Assembly (NCBI GenBank): GCA_026705025.1
Contig: JAPPBN010000030.1
Coordinates: 12,822-76,821 of the forward strand
DNA: 64,000 bases
Direction: 5' to 3'
DNA from: Chloroflexota bacterium
GTDB taxonomy: Bacteria; Chloroflexota; Dehalococcoidia; Bin125
Every line of letters begins with the position of its first letter. The first letter of the stretch is position 1. The translations under genes and the position numbers were made by a program. Below the pieces are notes generated by a model. That model did not search any database, had not been told where the DNA came from, and worked only from the letters and a program-made list of their open reading frames with translations. Of this stretch, positions 28,068-36,635 are shown piece by piece.

Positions 28068-28859
28068 TCACTGTGCGGCCTGTCCGGCAGCTTCCCTGAC
28101 TGCCTCGTCGATCGCCTCGAAGGTCGGGTCGACTCTCCTGTCGTTGACGAACACCGACGGTGTTCCCGCTACGCCGCGCGCTTCTCCCTCAGCCTTGGAA
28201 GCGTCGACGAGAGGCGCCATCCGTCGCTCATTCATGCAGGTCACGAACTCTGGGTAGCTCAGACCTTCAAACGTGATCTGCCGCCGCAATCCGGCCTCGG
28301 TGAAGAGTGTCTCGTCGCCGGCCATGAATCTGTCATGCAGCGGCCAGAACCCGCCCTGTTCCGCCGCGCATTCCACCACTTGCGCGGCAAAGTCTGCCGC
28401 CTCGCCGCGAACTGGAAAATGTCGGAAGACGAAGCGGGCGATGCCCGGCTCGACCAGTTGCTCCAGAATCATGGGCTCAACCTGAGCCGCAAACCACTGG
28501 CAGCCGCCTCAAGTGAAGTCGCCGTAGTAGCGAATCTCCACCGGAGCGTCCGGTTCACCCAGAACGTGGCGCTCCGATCGCACCCCTTTGTGCTCACCGA
28601 CAATCTCGGTGGGGAGTTCAACAACCTGCTGTTCCTGAGGCTCCTCCTCCGACGCCGCAGTCTGCTGTTGCGGGTCCGCCTCGTCCACCGGCTGCTCTTC
28701 GACCTCCGCGTCCGGTGCTGCCTGTTGCTGTTGAGCGACGGTCGCCTGTCGCTGCACGCGCTCCGCCGCCGCCGTCCCCGTTGGCTGCCCCTCCCCGCCC
28801 GATCCGCAAGCAACCATCACCAGCCCGACCATCGCCGATGCGATAGAGAACCACCTCAT
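28068..28859 (-). CDS. DsbA-like thioredoxin-fold lipoprotein, predicted selenoprotein (UGGC; TGA at 28509-28511)
   Basis: ORFs 28509-28859 and 28068-28472 are in one frame (offset 441). Reads ...APVEIRYYGDFT-U-GGCQWFAAQVEPMILEQLVEPGIARFVFRHFP.... Lipobox LVMVAC. Confidence 0.8.
28473..28490 (-). promoter_or_regulatory. SECIS-like hairpin (gene 5)
   Basis: GCGGCUC-AGGUU-GAGCCC. Confidence 0.55.
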
Positions 28860-28991
28860 GACGTCAGCCTATCGAGGGACCGGAGTCGTTTGACGAGCGG
28901 ACGCTACGCGACTATCGTTCCCGATACACCCCCTGTGCGCTTCGGCGGCAGGGCGCGAGGCTGCCGGAAGGCAGCCTCAGCCATTTCTTGG

Positions 28992-29624
28992 GTGAGAGTC
29001 ATCCGCGCCAACATCTACGTTGACGGCTTCAACCTCTACTACCGCGCGTTGCGGGACACGCCTGATCGTTGGCTGGACCTTGGCCGACTGGCTCAACTCC
29101 TGCTGCCCGGGCACCAAATCAATCGGATTCGCTACTTCACCGCTCGCGTGAGCAGTCGGCCCGGTGATCCCACCCAGGCGCAGCGCCAACAGGCGTATCT
29201 CCGTGCACTGAAGACCGTTCCCGACCTGACGATCCACTACGGGCATCTGCTCGCCAAGCGCAAGCGCCGCCCACTGGCCACGCCACCGCCAACTGGATCT
29301 GCCATCGTTGAGATACTCGACACCGAGGAAAAAGGATCCGACGTCAATCTCGCCTCATACCTCTTGCTCGACGGATTCGAGCAAGACTACGAACTCGCTG
29401 TTGTCATCTCTAACGACTCCGACCTGCAGCTCCCAATCACGTTCGCGCGTGATCGACTCCTGAGAACCGTCGGCGTCTTCGATCCCAGCCGCCGTCGCAG
29501 CTTTCAGCTGTCTCAAGCCGCGTCCTGGTATCGCCGCTTGAGGCGAGGTCCGCTGAGCGCTAGCCACTTCGCCGACACCCTGTCCGACGAGCAAGGCGTG
29601 ATTGTCAAGCCATCCAGCTGGTGA
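28992..29624 (+). CDS. NYN (LabA/PIN-like) domain protein
   Basis: Only the 3' 210 codons of the 429-aa tracked ORF look coding: VRVIRANIYVDGFNLYY...EEKGSDVNLA...VVISNDSDL. GTG 28992 proposed as start. Confidence 0.65.
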   Translation: MRVIRANIYVDGFNLYYRALRDTPDRWLDLGRLAQLLLPGHQINRIRYFTARVSSRPGDPTQAQRQQAYLRALKTVPDLTIHYGHLLAKRKRRPLATPPPTGSAIVEILDTEEKGSDVNLASYLLLDGFEQDYELAVVISNDSDLQLPITFARDRLLRTVGVFDPSRRRSFQLSQAASWYRRLRRGPLSASHFADTLSDEQGVIVKPSSW

Positions 29625-29635
29625 CGCTCGGAGCC

Positions 29636-31324
29636 TCATTCCCGCAACCGCGACATTTCGTCTCGCAGCTGCTGCAGACCCATTGGGCCCAGATCCAGCG
29701 CGGCCTTGTGGAAACTCTTCAAGTCGAATGCATCGCCCATCGACTCTCGCGCCGCCTCACGTGCGGCCAACCACTCGCGCTCTCCGACCTTGTAGCTGAT
29801 TGCCTGGCCCGGCCAACCCAGATACCGATCGACCTCGCTGGCCAGCATCTTCTCGGGGAAGAACGAGCGCTCGATCAGGAATGGCAGGGCCAGCTCCGGC
29901 GTCCAGGTCTCGCCGCCGTGATACTCCTCCTGCTCGGGGATCGGCAGCTCCAGATGCATCCCGATGTCGATCACCACGCGCACCGCGCGCAGCGCCTGAC
30001 TGCTCAGCAGACCCATGTAGTAGGCCGGATCCTCCAGATAGCCCAGCTCCGCCATCAGACGCTCGGCGTACAGCGCCCAACCTTCGACGTAACCCGACGT
30101 CCCCGCCAACAGCCGCTGATAGCAAGTCAGTTCCTCGCCCAGATACCGCGTCGTACCGATCTGCAGATGATGTCCCGGCACGCCCTCGTGGTAGCAGACC
30201 GACAGCTCACGCCACAGCGGGAATCGAGTCTCCCCGCCCGTCGGATACCAGGTCCGGCCCGGGCGCGAAAAGTCTTCCGATGGTCCCGTGTAGTACATCG
30301 CCAGCGCCCCGCCAGGTGGGGCGATCATTGCCTCGATCCGCTGCACCGGCTCGGCGATATCGAAGTGCGTGCCCAGCAGCGCCTGCATCGTCTCGTCCTG
30401 CGTCTGCTGCATCCATTCGCGGAAGGCGTCCTCCCCGGTAATCGCCCGTGCGTCGTCCGATTCCAGCAACGCGATCGCCTCGGCCGCCGACGCGCCCGGC
30501 GAGATTCGCTCGGCCGTCGCCGCCATCTCCGACTGGATCCGCCAGACTTCTTCCCAACCCCATTGATACGTCTCGTCCAGGTCAAGCTCGATGCCGTTGA
30601 ACCCCCGTGACGCCGCCTGGTAGCGCTCCCAGCCGACCGGATCCCGAGGATTCGCATTCGGCAGGTACTCCCGCTCCAGCCAATCTCCCATTGCCGCATA
30701 GCCCTGTTCCGCCGCCGTCGCATTCGGCCCACCATCGATTCCCAGTTCATCGCACAGCCCCTGGAAGAACCCGGCTCCCGTTTCGCTCGGGCCACCGCTT
30801 GGTCCCGCTCCAGACCACACCCGACACTGCTCGACCGCGCCCCGCACCTGCCGCTGAGCCACCACGATCCCCTGCGCCATTCCCGACGCGAGCGACGCCC
30901 GATAGCGGTCCAACGCCTCCGGCACCGCTCCCATGCGCTCAACGATGATCGCCTGGTCCTCCTCCGTCTCACGGGGCATTAGGTCAAAGATCTGCCGCGT
31001 GTTCTGTAGCGGCGACGCCAGGATGTTCAGCGATCGCAAGTGTTCCTGCTGCGTCTCCAGTTCCGCCTCATAGTCAAAGCGCTCCAGCATCACGTCGCGA
31101 GCCACGCGGTCTCGCTCCGTCTCCACGTTGATCAACCGCAGCGCCGCCTCCGCCTGCCGGCGAATCGCCGACCGTTCCGCATGCCCATCCGGCGAGTAAT
31201 CCGTCAACTCTGTCTCGCGACCCGGAATCCCCAGGGCCGTCGCCATGTTCGGACTCGCCGCCGCGAGGGCGTCGACGTACCAATCCGAGATTGCCGACAC
31301 GGACGAGACATCTGGTGTAGTCAT
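29636..31324 (-). CDS. DUF885-family putative metallopeptidase
   Basis: 562 aa from ATG 31324. YHEGVPGHHLQ motif and overall DUF885 layout. Confidence 0.75.
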   Translation of the reverse strand: MTTPDVSSVSAISDWYVDALAAASPNMATALGIPGRETELTDYSPDGHAERSAIRRQAEAALRLINVETERDRVARDVMLERFDYEAELETQQEHLRSLNILASPLQNTRQIFDLMPRETEEDQAIIVERMGAVPEALDRYRASLASGMAQGIVVAQRQVRGAVEQCRVWSGAGPSGGPSETGAGFFQGLCDELGIDGGPNATAAEQGYAAMGDWLEREYLPNANPRDPVGWERYQAASRGFNGIELDLDETYQWGWEEVWRIQSEMAATAERISPGASAAEAIALLESDDARAITGEDAFREWMQQTQDETMQALLGTHFDIAEPVQRIEAMIAPPGGALAMYYTGPSEDFSRPGRTWYPTGGETRFPLWRELSVCYHEGVPGHHLQIGTTRYLGEELTCYQRLLAGTSGYVEGWALYAERLMAELGYLEDPAYYMGLLSSQALRAVRVVIDIGMHLELPIPEQEEYHGGETWTPELALPFLIERSFFPEKMLASEVDRYLGWPGQAISYKVGEREWLAAREAARESMGDAFDLKSFHKAALDLGPMGLQQLRDEMSRLRE

Positions 31325-31403
31325 GCTCAAACTCCAATCCTCACCATTATCGACGCGATTATCGCCGAGCCGCGCGCCGTGTGCCCAGTCGTAAACTCTT
31401 CGC

Positions 31404-32783
31404 ATGAGGCGAAGTATCCAGGGCTGGAGATCGAACACCTTCCTCGCCCTCGGGCATCCCCAGTTCCGCATCCTCTTCGGCGGCACGCTCTTCGCAATGC
31501 TCGCCTACATGATGATGTTCGTCGCCATGTCGGTCGTGGCCTACGACCTGGGCGGCACCAACTCGGCCGTCGGACTCGTCTCGATGGGCACCGGCATCTC
31601 GATGCTGATCGGCTCGCCCTGGGGCGGCGTGATCGCCGACCGGGTCAACCGCAAACGTCTGATCATCTGGGGCCAGGGCTCAGGCGCCTTCATGCTCGCC
31701 CTGACCGGCGTCCTGCTGCTGCTCGACCTCGTCAACCTGCCCCTGATGTTCATCCTCACGTTGATCCTGGGCGCGACGTTCGTCTTCATGGGTCCGGCGC
31801 GCAACGCTTTCACCGGCGACATCGTCGGCCCCCGCCTGATCGGCAACGCGGTCTCGCTGAATCAGCTCGCCCACAGCTGGGGACAACCCGTCGCGCCCAT
31901 GATCGCGGCGTTGCTGCTCGAGTCTGCCGCCGGAGGCGGCGGCACCTATGTCGTCATGGGCGTGCTCGTTTCGATCGGCGTCCTGTCGATGGTCGTCATG
32001 CCCAACACGGGCAAGCCGCAACAGACTGAGCGACGCAGCCCGATGTCGGATCTGCTCGACGGTGTGCGCTACGTGACGCAGCGCCCGCCGCTGCGCCTGA
32101 TGCTGCTGCTGTTCATGGCCACCGTCGTGATCGGGTTCATGTTCCGCGTCCTCACCCCCGCCCTACTGGAACAGCATCTCGACCGCGCCTCGACCGACAT
32201 GGGCCTGATGATGACCGTGTTCGGCATCTCCAGCGCCGTGGTCGCCATCGCGATCGCCGGGATGGCCACCTCACGCTGGTCCTGGCCGGTGATCTTTGTG
32301 CTCATGGCGGTGATGGGTCTGGGCTATCTGATCATGTCGCAGTCCCAGAGCTACGGCGCCGCGGTCGCCTCGATGGTCCTGCTTGGACCTGGCCTCCAGG
32401 GTCCAACCCTGCTGCTGCAGGCCAAGATCGTGATGACGACCGAGTCCGCCTACCTCGGCCGAATAACTGCCTTCACGATGATGGCCTACGGCATCTCCTC
32501 GGTCGGCGGCGGACCGGCCGGGGCGGTCGCCGATTGGCTCGGCGAGCGCGAGGTCCTGGCCGGCGTCGCCCTGCTGACCTTCGTTGTCGTCGCTCTCGGC
32601 GTCGTCGGCTGGCTGGGCATCCGCAAGTACGAGGCGAGACTCCCGCAGATCCGCCTGACGCCACAGACTGACATCCGAGGAGCCCATGCCGCCTCCAACG
32701 CAGGCATACTCACCCCAGATATGCCGCCGCCGCCCATGCTGCGCCCGGTCGCTCTGATGTCGGGCCAGAAGCTCCGCAACTGA
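31404..32783 (+). CDS. MFS transporter
   Basis: 459 aa, about 12 hydrophobic segments, GGVIADRVNRKR loop motif. Paralog of 44898-46316 including the tail PPPPMLRPVALMSGQK. Confidence 0.85.
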   Translation: MRRSIQGWRSNTFLALGHPQFRILFGGTLFAMLAYMMMFVAMSVVAYDLGGTNSAVGLVSMGTGISMLIGSPWGGVIADRVNRKRLIIWGQGSGAFMLALTGVLLLLDLVNLPLMFILTLILGATFVFMGPARNAFTGDIVGPRLIGNAVSLNQLAHSWGQPVAPMIAALLLESAAGGGGTYVVMGVLVSIGVLSMVVMPNTGKPQQTERRSPMSDLLDGVRYVTQRPPLRLMLLLFMATVVIGFMFRVLTPALLEQHLDRASTDMGLMMTVFGISSAVVAIAIAGMATSRWSWPVIFVLMAVMGLGYLIMSQSQSYGAAVASMVLLGPGLQGPTLLLQAKIVMTTESAYLGRITAFTMMAYGISSVGGGPAGAVADWLGEREVLAGVALLTFVVVALGVVGWLGIRKYEARLPQIRLTPQTDIRGAHAASNAGILTPDMPPPPMLRPVALMSGQKLRN

Positions 32784-32788
32784 ATGTT

Positions 32789-32880
32789 CTCCGATGCCCG
32801 CACGCCCCCCTCCGATGCCCCGCACGCCCTCCCCGATGCCCCGCACGGCCCCCTCCGATGCCCCGCACTTGATGCGGGGC
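32789..32880 (+). repeat. four ~21-nt tandem units (CTCCGATGCCCCGCACGCCCC) ending in a hairpin
   Basis: Units at about 32789, 32810, 32831 and 32855. Terminal hairpin gccccgca-cttga-tgcggggc (32860-32880) followed by ccagcccgcgatc. Same design as 4921-4997, with a degenerate reverse copy near 52624-52694. Confidence 0.8.
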
Positions 32881-32984
32881 CCAGCCCGCGATCTGCCCAC
32901 GCAGCACCGCTCTGATCCTGCGCTGAGACGTTGCGAGCTCTGGGCTCCGCGTCGAGCGCGGAGCAACGGACTCAGCCTGCAGAC

Positions 32985-33680
32985 TCAGACCGGCGGACCA
33001 TGCGTATGACGCTCCAGCGCCGACAACCGCTGTTCAATCGCCAGCAACCGACCGTCTCCGTAGCCCGACAGCCAGGCGACGCGCTCAAGCAGGGCCGCCC
33101 AGGGAAAGTCCTTCCCCGGATCCGACTTCTGACGGGTCAACTCGCTGTGACCGACGTGGTGCGTCCGATCGATCGGGATGCCGTACTTGCGGCAGACGTA
33201 GGCCGACCACGCCGCGACGGTCTCGAACTGCCGACTGCCCGGGTTGAACGTCTGGCCGATCTCGCGGGCGTAACCCTCGATCTCGATTGAGAGCATGCAG
33301 GCGTTGTAGCTGACGTACTCGTCCCGCCACCACGACGGCCGCGGCAGGACCAGGTCCTTGCGCCGGACCCCCTGGGCCCAGGCGAAGTCCGCGTCGCGCA
33401 CCATCTGGTACAGATCGCCGTCCGAGTCGGCGTAGTAGTTGGTGCTGGCATTGGCGCGAGGATCCTCAAACCAGGCTGGAGTGACCTCGTTGTCGTCCCA
33501 CGGTTCCTCCGGCGTGTGGTAGCAAATCGCCACGAACCGCCGCGTCGCCCCCGAGTAGGGCCGCGACGCGGCGGTGTAGTAGTTGCTCGGATGCGCAGGG
33601 CGCCAAATCGTCCGCGCGCCCTCGGGCAGACCCGTGAGGCCGCTCAGGTCTGGCGCTGGCGCAGTCACGTCCGTCGTCAT
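32985..33680 (-). CDS. N-acetylmuramoyl-L-alanine amidase (PGRP/Amidase_2-type endolysin)
   Basis: 231 aa from ATG 33680 (ATGA overlap with the upstream gene). ICYHTPEE, NASTNYYADSDGDLYQMV, SIEIEG, HHVGHSELT..KSDPG. Confidence 0.8.
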   Translation of the reverse strand: MTTDVTAPAPDLSGLTGLPEGARTIWRPAHPSNYYTAASRPYSGATRRFVAICYHTPEEPWDDNEVTPAWFEDPRANASTNYYADSDGDLYQMVRDADFAWAQGVRRKDLVLPRPSWWRDEYVSYNACMLSIEIEGYAREIGQTFNPGSRQFETVAAWSAYVCRKYGIPIDRTHHVGHSELTRQKSDPGKDFPWAALLERVAWLSGYGDGRLLAIEQRLSALERHTHGPPV

Positions 33681-33952
33681 TCCGCACCTCCAGTCTTCCC
33701 GTCGCGGGCGCGCAAGAGTCCGTAGCCCGCAGCGATCGCAATAGCGATCGAGCGCACGGCGTCGGAGGCCTGAGCGCCCACGGCGCCCGTCTCCAGCAGC
33801 GCCCAGACGCCAATCACTCCCAGCGCGATTAAGGCCCGGACGCTGCCTCGGGGCAGCCACAGCGGATCGTGCTGGCCATCGCGAGCGCGCTCAGCCGTTT
33901 CGGATGGATGTTGTTGTTCACTCATGGTTCGTTCCGTTTCTGTTGCAGTCAC
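33677..33952 (-). CDS. holin-like small membrane protein
   Basis: Two hydrophobic helices (ALIALGVIGVWALL, IAIAIAAGYGLL) directly upstream of and overlapping the amidase gene. Start uncertain (GTG 33952 or ATG 33925). Confidence 0.5.
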   Translation of the reverse strand: MTATETERTMSEQQHPSETAERARDGQHDPLWLPRGSVRALIALGVIGVWALLETGAVGAQASDAVRSIAIAIAAGYGLLRARDGKTGGAE

Positions 33953-33991
33953 CGTTCTTCGTCCCCGCGTCCGAGCGGGGATCTGGTCACC

Positions 33992-34240
33992 TCAGCCGCC
34001 GCGGATGATGAAGGCCGAGCCCAGACCGATCGCGGCCAGCAGGACCGTGCCTCCGCCGAGGGCGATGTACAGCCGGTCGATTCGCGCGTCGATCTGGTCA
34101 AGCCCGCTCTCGATCCGGCGCAGGTAGTGCCAGAGCGCATCGGTCGCTTCGCTGTGCGGCTCGTTCGGCCAGCCGCCCGACCCTGGTGGATCGGGCGGCT
34201 GCGGTCTCGAGGCTGGAAGGCGTGGATCCGGCATGGTCAC
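33992..34240 (-). CDS. tail-anchored coiled-coil protein (XhlA-like lysis accessory candidate)
   Basis: 82 aa. Coiled segment LRRIESGLDQIDARIDRLY followed by C-terminal TM VLLAAIGLGSAFII. Positioned in the lysis cassette. Confidence 0.4.
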   Translation of the reverse strand: MTMPDPRLPASRPQPPDPPGSGGWPNEPHSEATDALWHYLRRIESGLDQIDARIDRLYIALGGGTVLLAAIGLGSAFIIRGG

Positions 34241-34587
34241 TCAGCTCCTTCCTCGCTCGCTTCGGCCGCGGGGAACGCATCCCGTCCCTCGGCCAGCTCG
34301 CGCCAGGGCGCAGGTAGCTCGTCTGCCGACTCAGCCTCGCGCCATCCAATTGCTCGGTGCTTGAGGTACTTGGACGCCGGCACCTGGATCCAGTGCTCGT
34401 CTGCGTGCAGCCCGTCTGCGTCGGCCGCGTCGTCCTCGGGACGCCGCATGAGGATGTCGTAGTCCTCGACGCCTCGGCCCGCCGCGCGGGCGCGTCGAAA
34501 CTCGTCGTGGCTCAGGAGTACGGCGCGCTCCCCGGCGCGAACGAACAGCAGAACGTCCGCGCCTTCCTCGGTTGTCTTGCTTGCCAT
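34237..34587 (-). CDS. hypothetical protein (phage-like module)
   Basis: 116-aa ORF overlapping the downstream start by 4 nt. No family recognised. Confidence 0.45.
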   Translation of the reverse strand: MASKTTEEGADVLLFVRAGERAVLLSHDEFRRARAAGRGVEDYDILMRRPEDDAADADGLHADEHWIQVPASKYLKHRAIGWREAESADELPAPWRELAEGRDAFPAAEASEEGAE

Positions 34588-34630
34588 TGGTTGCTTCCTC
34601 TCTGTTCAGGGTTCTGCCCTGCGGTTGTGT

Positions 34631-34948
34631 TCAGCTCGGACCGAAACCAGCGTTGATCTCGGTCTGGAGCCAGGGTTCGGCCTCGATCGACACGGCCTCA
34701 TGCGGAAGTCCGTGCTCCTCGGCCGCGTCGAGCAATAGCCGTTCAGCTTCCCGCGCGTCGTGGAAACCGTTGCCCAGCAGCGCATGGTCTCGAGCGAGAT
34801 ACTCGCGACCGTGCCGGTCGCGTTTCGGTACTCGCAGATGCGCGCGCTGGGCCCGCAGCCTGCCTCCGAGCTGCGGCGCCGAGAAGGTCTCGGAGCGCAG
34901 CTGGGAGAAGTCCGCCGGCGACCAGAGTCCGCGGTCGTCCAGGGGCAT
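34631..34948 (-). CDS. hypothetical protein (phage-like module)
   Basis: 105-aa ORF 3 nt downstream of the capsid-like gene. No family recognised. Confidence 0.45.
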   Translation of the reverse strand: MPLDDRGLWSPADFSQLRSETFSAPQLGGRLRAQRAHLRVPKRDRHGREYLARDHALLGNGFHDAREAERLLLDAAEEHGLPHEAVSIEAEPWLQTEINAGFGPS

Positions 34949-34951
34949 GAC

Positions 34952-35833
34952 CTAGCCTCCGTCCGCTGTGATCTGGCAGCCGTGGTGGCTGAATCCGGCG
35001 ATGCCGGCGTTGTAGTCGGCCAGCGAGCGCAGCGTCACGCCGGGCCACTCGGCCTCTTCGAAGACCGACATCTGCCAGTCCATCGAGCAGGCCCAGACCA
35101 GCGCCTCGCTGCCGAACATCGAGCAGATGTAGTCGCCGCTGCCGTCGGCGGACATGTAGCCGTCGACGAACACGGCCGTGCCCATCAGCGGGATCTCCGA
35201 GACGTGGAATCGCCGGATCATCTGCTCCGAGATGCCCGCCGGAATCCAGTTGGATCCCGATCCCACACCGCTCGCGCCGATGTCCTCGAGTACGTGTTCG
35301 GCGACCACCGGTGAGAGCACCGTCACGACGTCGCCGCGCGGTGGTCCGCCCTTCGATCGCGCCACCGACTGTAGAATTCGGCGGGCTTCGCGCAGCTTCG
35401 CCAGGGTCAACTGTTCGCCGGTTGCCCCGACGTCGTTGTCCGTGTGCCAGTTCGCGAACTCACCGGTCAGGTCCGTGTCGATGTCCTGGCCCTGCGATAG
35501 CGCCATCTCGTCCGAGACCAGGCGGACCAGGTCTTCCTGCGAGTAGTTGATCGCGCGAACGTGAATGCGCACTGAGATCGCCCGGAACGTGGGCGAAATC
35601 GTGTTGCTGGCCAGGGTGAAGCGCGACGTCGTGCTCAGCTCTTCGCCCTCGCCCGGCGTTTGCACGCTCGAGACGCTGGAGACTCGCGGAATCTGAGCGC
35701 TGTTCGAGCCCTTGGGCACAATCAGCTTGCGCGCCAGGGACAGCATTGGCGCCGACTGCGGCATCTGCGCAATCGTCCGTTCGACCATCGCCGCGTACGA
35801 GGCCGAAATGTTGGTGGTCAGGGTGTCAGCCAT
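34952..35833 (-). CDS. phage major capsid protein-like
   Basis: 293 aa. Size, composition and position (after an acidic scaffold-like gene, colinear with terminase genes) fit an HK97-fold capsid protein. Not verified by alignment. Confidence 0.5.
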   Translation of the reverse strand: MADTLTTNISASYAAMVERTIAQMPQSAPMLSLARKLIVPKGSNSAQIPRVSSVSSVQTPGEGEELSTTSRFTLASNTISPTFRAISVRIHVRAINYSQEDLVRLVSDEMALSQGQDIDTDLTGEFANWHTDNDVGATGEQLTLAKLREARRILQSVARSKGGPPRGDVVTVLSPVVAEHVLEDIGASGVGSGSNWIPAGISEQMIRRFHVSEIPLMGTAVFVDGYMSADGSGDYICSMFGSEALVWACSMDWQMSVFEEAEWPGVTLRSLADYNAGIAGFSHHGCQITADGG

Positions 35834-35899
35834 GAAAAAGTCCTTTCAGTTGGTCGTCATTCCCGCGCAAGCGAGAATCTCGATTTCCGTGCATGAACG

Positions 35900-36337
35900 T
35901 CATGCCTCCGGATGTCGCGCCAGCCAGTCGGCGAACTGGGCTCGGCGCCGCTGCCGATGAGCTTCGTCATCGCTCGATCGGATGAAGTCGGTCCACTCGG
36001 CGACGCTGTCCGGCTGGGCAGCCGGCGGGCCGCCGCGCAGGCCGCTGGTCGGACGCGGTTGCGAAGCGCGGGCGCGCGCCTCGAAATCCCGTGTCAGCTC
36101 CGAGCGAACCGTGGCCTCGCGTTCGCGAGCCGCCCGCTCCGCGATCAGATCGCGCCAGGCGTTGGCCAGGTCGTCCGGCTCCTCAGCCGAACCAATGCGA
36201 TCGCGTTCATCTGCCGACAACTCGCCGATCGCATCGAGCATCGCCTCCCGTAGCGCCGTCCCGTCGCCCGCTCCCGCTTCCGGTTGCAAGCCGTCGCCAA
36301 CGGCCGTGGTCTCTGCAGATTCCATCTGCGCCTCCAA
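35900..36337 (-). CDS. scaffolding-like acidic/coiled protein
   Basis: 145 aa, Glu/Asp/Arg/Ala-rich, immediately upstream of the capsid-like gene. Confidence 0.4.
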   Translation of the reverse strand: MEAQMESAETTAVGDGLQPEAGAGDGTALREAMLDAIGELSADERDRIGSAEEPDDLANAWRDLIAERAAREREATVRSELTRDFEARARASQPRPTSGLRGGPPAAQPDSVAEWTDFIRSSDDEAHRQRRRAQFADWLARHPEA

Positions 36338-36429
36338 ACAAACTGAGCGCCGACGGACAATGTCCGGTCGGCGCTCGAAGGCGCGCGGTCCGTTGCGCTA
36401 GGTCGTCGAATGTATGCCGTCGCCCCATA

Positions 36430-36441
36430 GAACACAAGTTC
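36430..36441. promoter_or_regulatory. perfect GAAC-N4-GTTC dyad (LexA/Cheo-box-like)
   Basis: cataGAACACAAGTTCcctattgt, 93 nt upstream of the scaffold-like gene start. Confidence 0.35.
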
Positions 36442-36503
36442 CCTATTGTGCCCCCGGCAACACCCTCAAACTTGGAGGCCCCTACGAGATACAAGATCTG
36501 GTT

Positions 36504-36536
36504 CCTTCTCCCTGAGGGAGAGGGTTAGGGTGAGGG
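36504..36536. repeat. REP family 2
   Basis: ccttctccctgagggagagggttagggtgaggg. Confidence 0.8.
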
Positions 36537-36635
36537 CCCTTCAGCGATCGAGCCAGGCCAACTTCCCACCGCCAAACAGCAAACGCATCGAATTTTCTGG
36601 CGCTAGTTGGTCAAAACCTGACAAAACTGAGCCAG

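Noticed and set aside
24648-28859. Reading the ten ORF fragments as five nonsense-mutated pseudogenes.
   Set aside because: There would have to be five independent TGAs at the identical codon (the first Cys of CXXC), with intact downstream frames and a conserved hairpin. A Sec-type selD in the same window also makes decay implausible.
28335-28991. N-terminal 219 codons of the 429-aa plus-strand ORF.
   Set aside because: This part is antisense to the fifth DsbA-like gene and is low-complexity Arg/Leu-rich. Only the 3' NYN-domain part (from GTG 28992) looks coding.
32789-32880. Possible CRISPR array (also considered for 36636-36675 and 52573-52610).
   Set aside because: The units are 10-21 nt, directly abutting and without unique spacers. 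No cas genes are in the window.
34952-35833. Encapsulin shell protein instead of a phage capsid.
   Set aside because: No cargo-type gene (DyP, ferritin-like, etc.) is adjacent. The N-terminus does not resemble family 1 encapsulins as I recall them. Terminase and lysis genes are colinear, favouring a phage origin.
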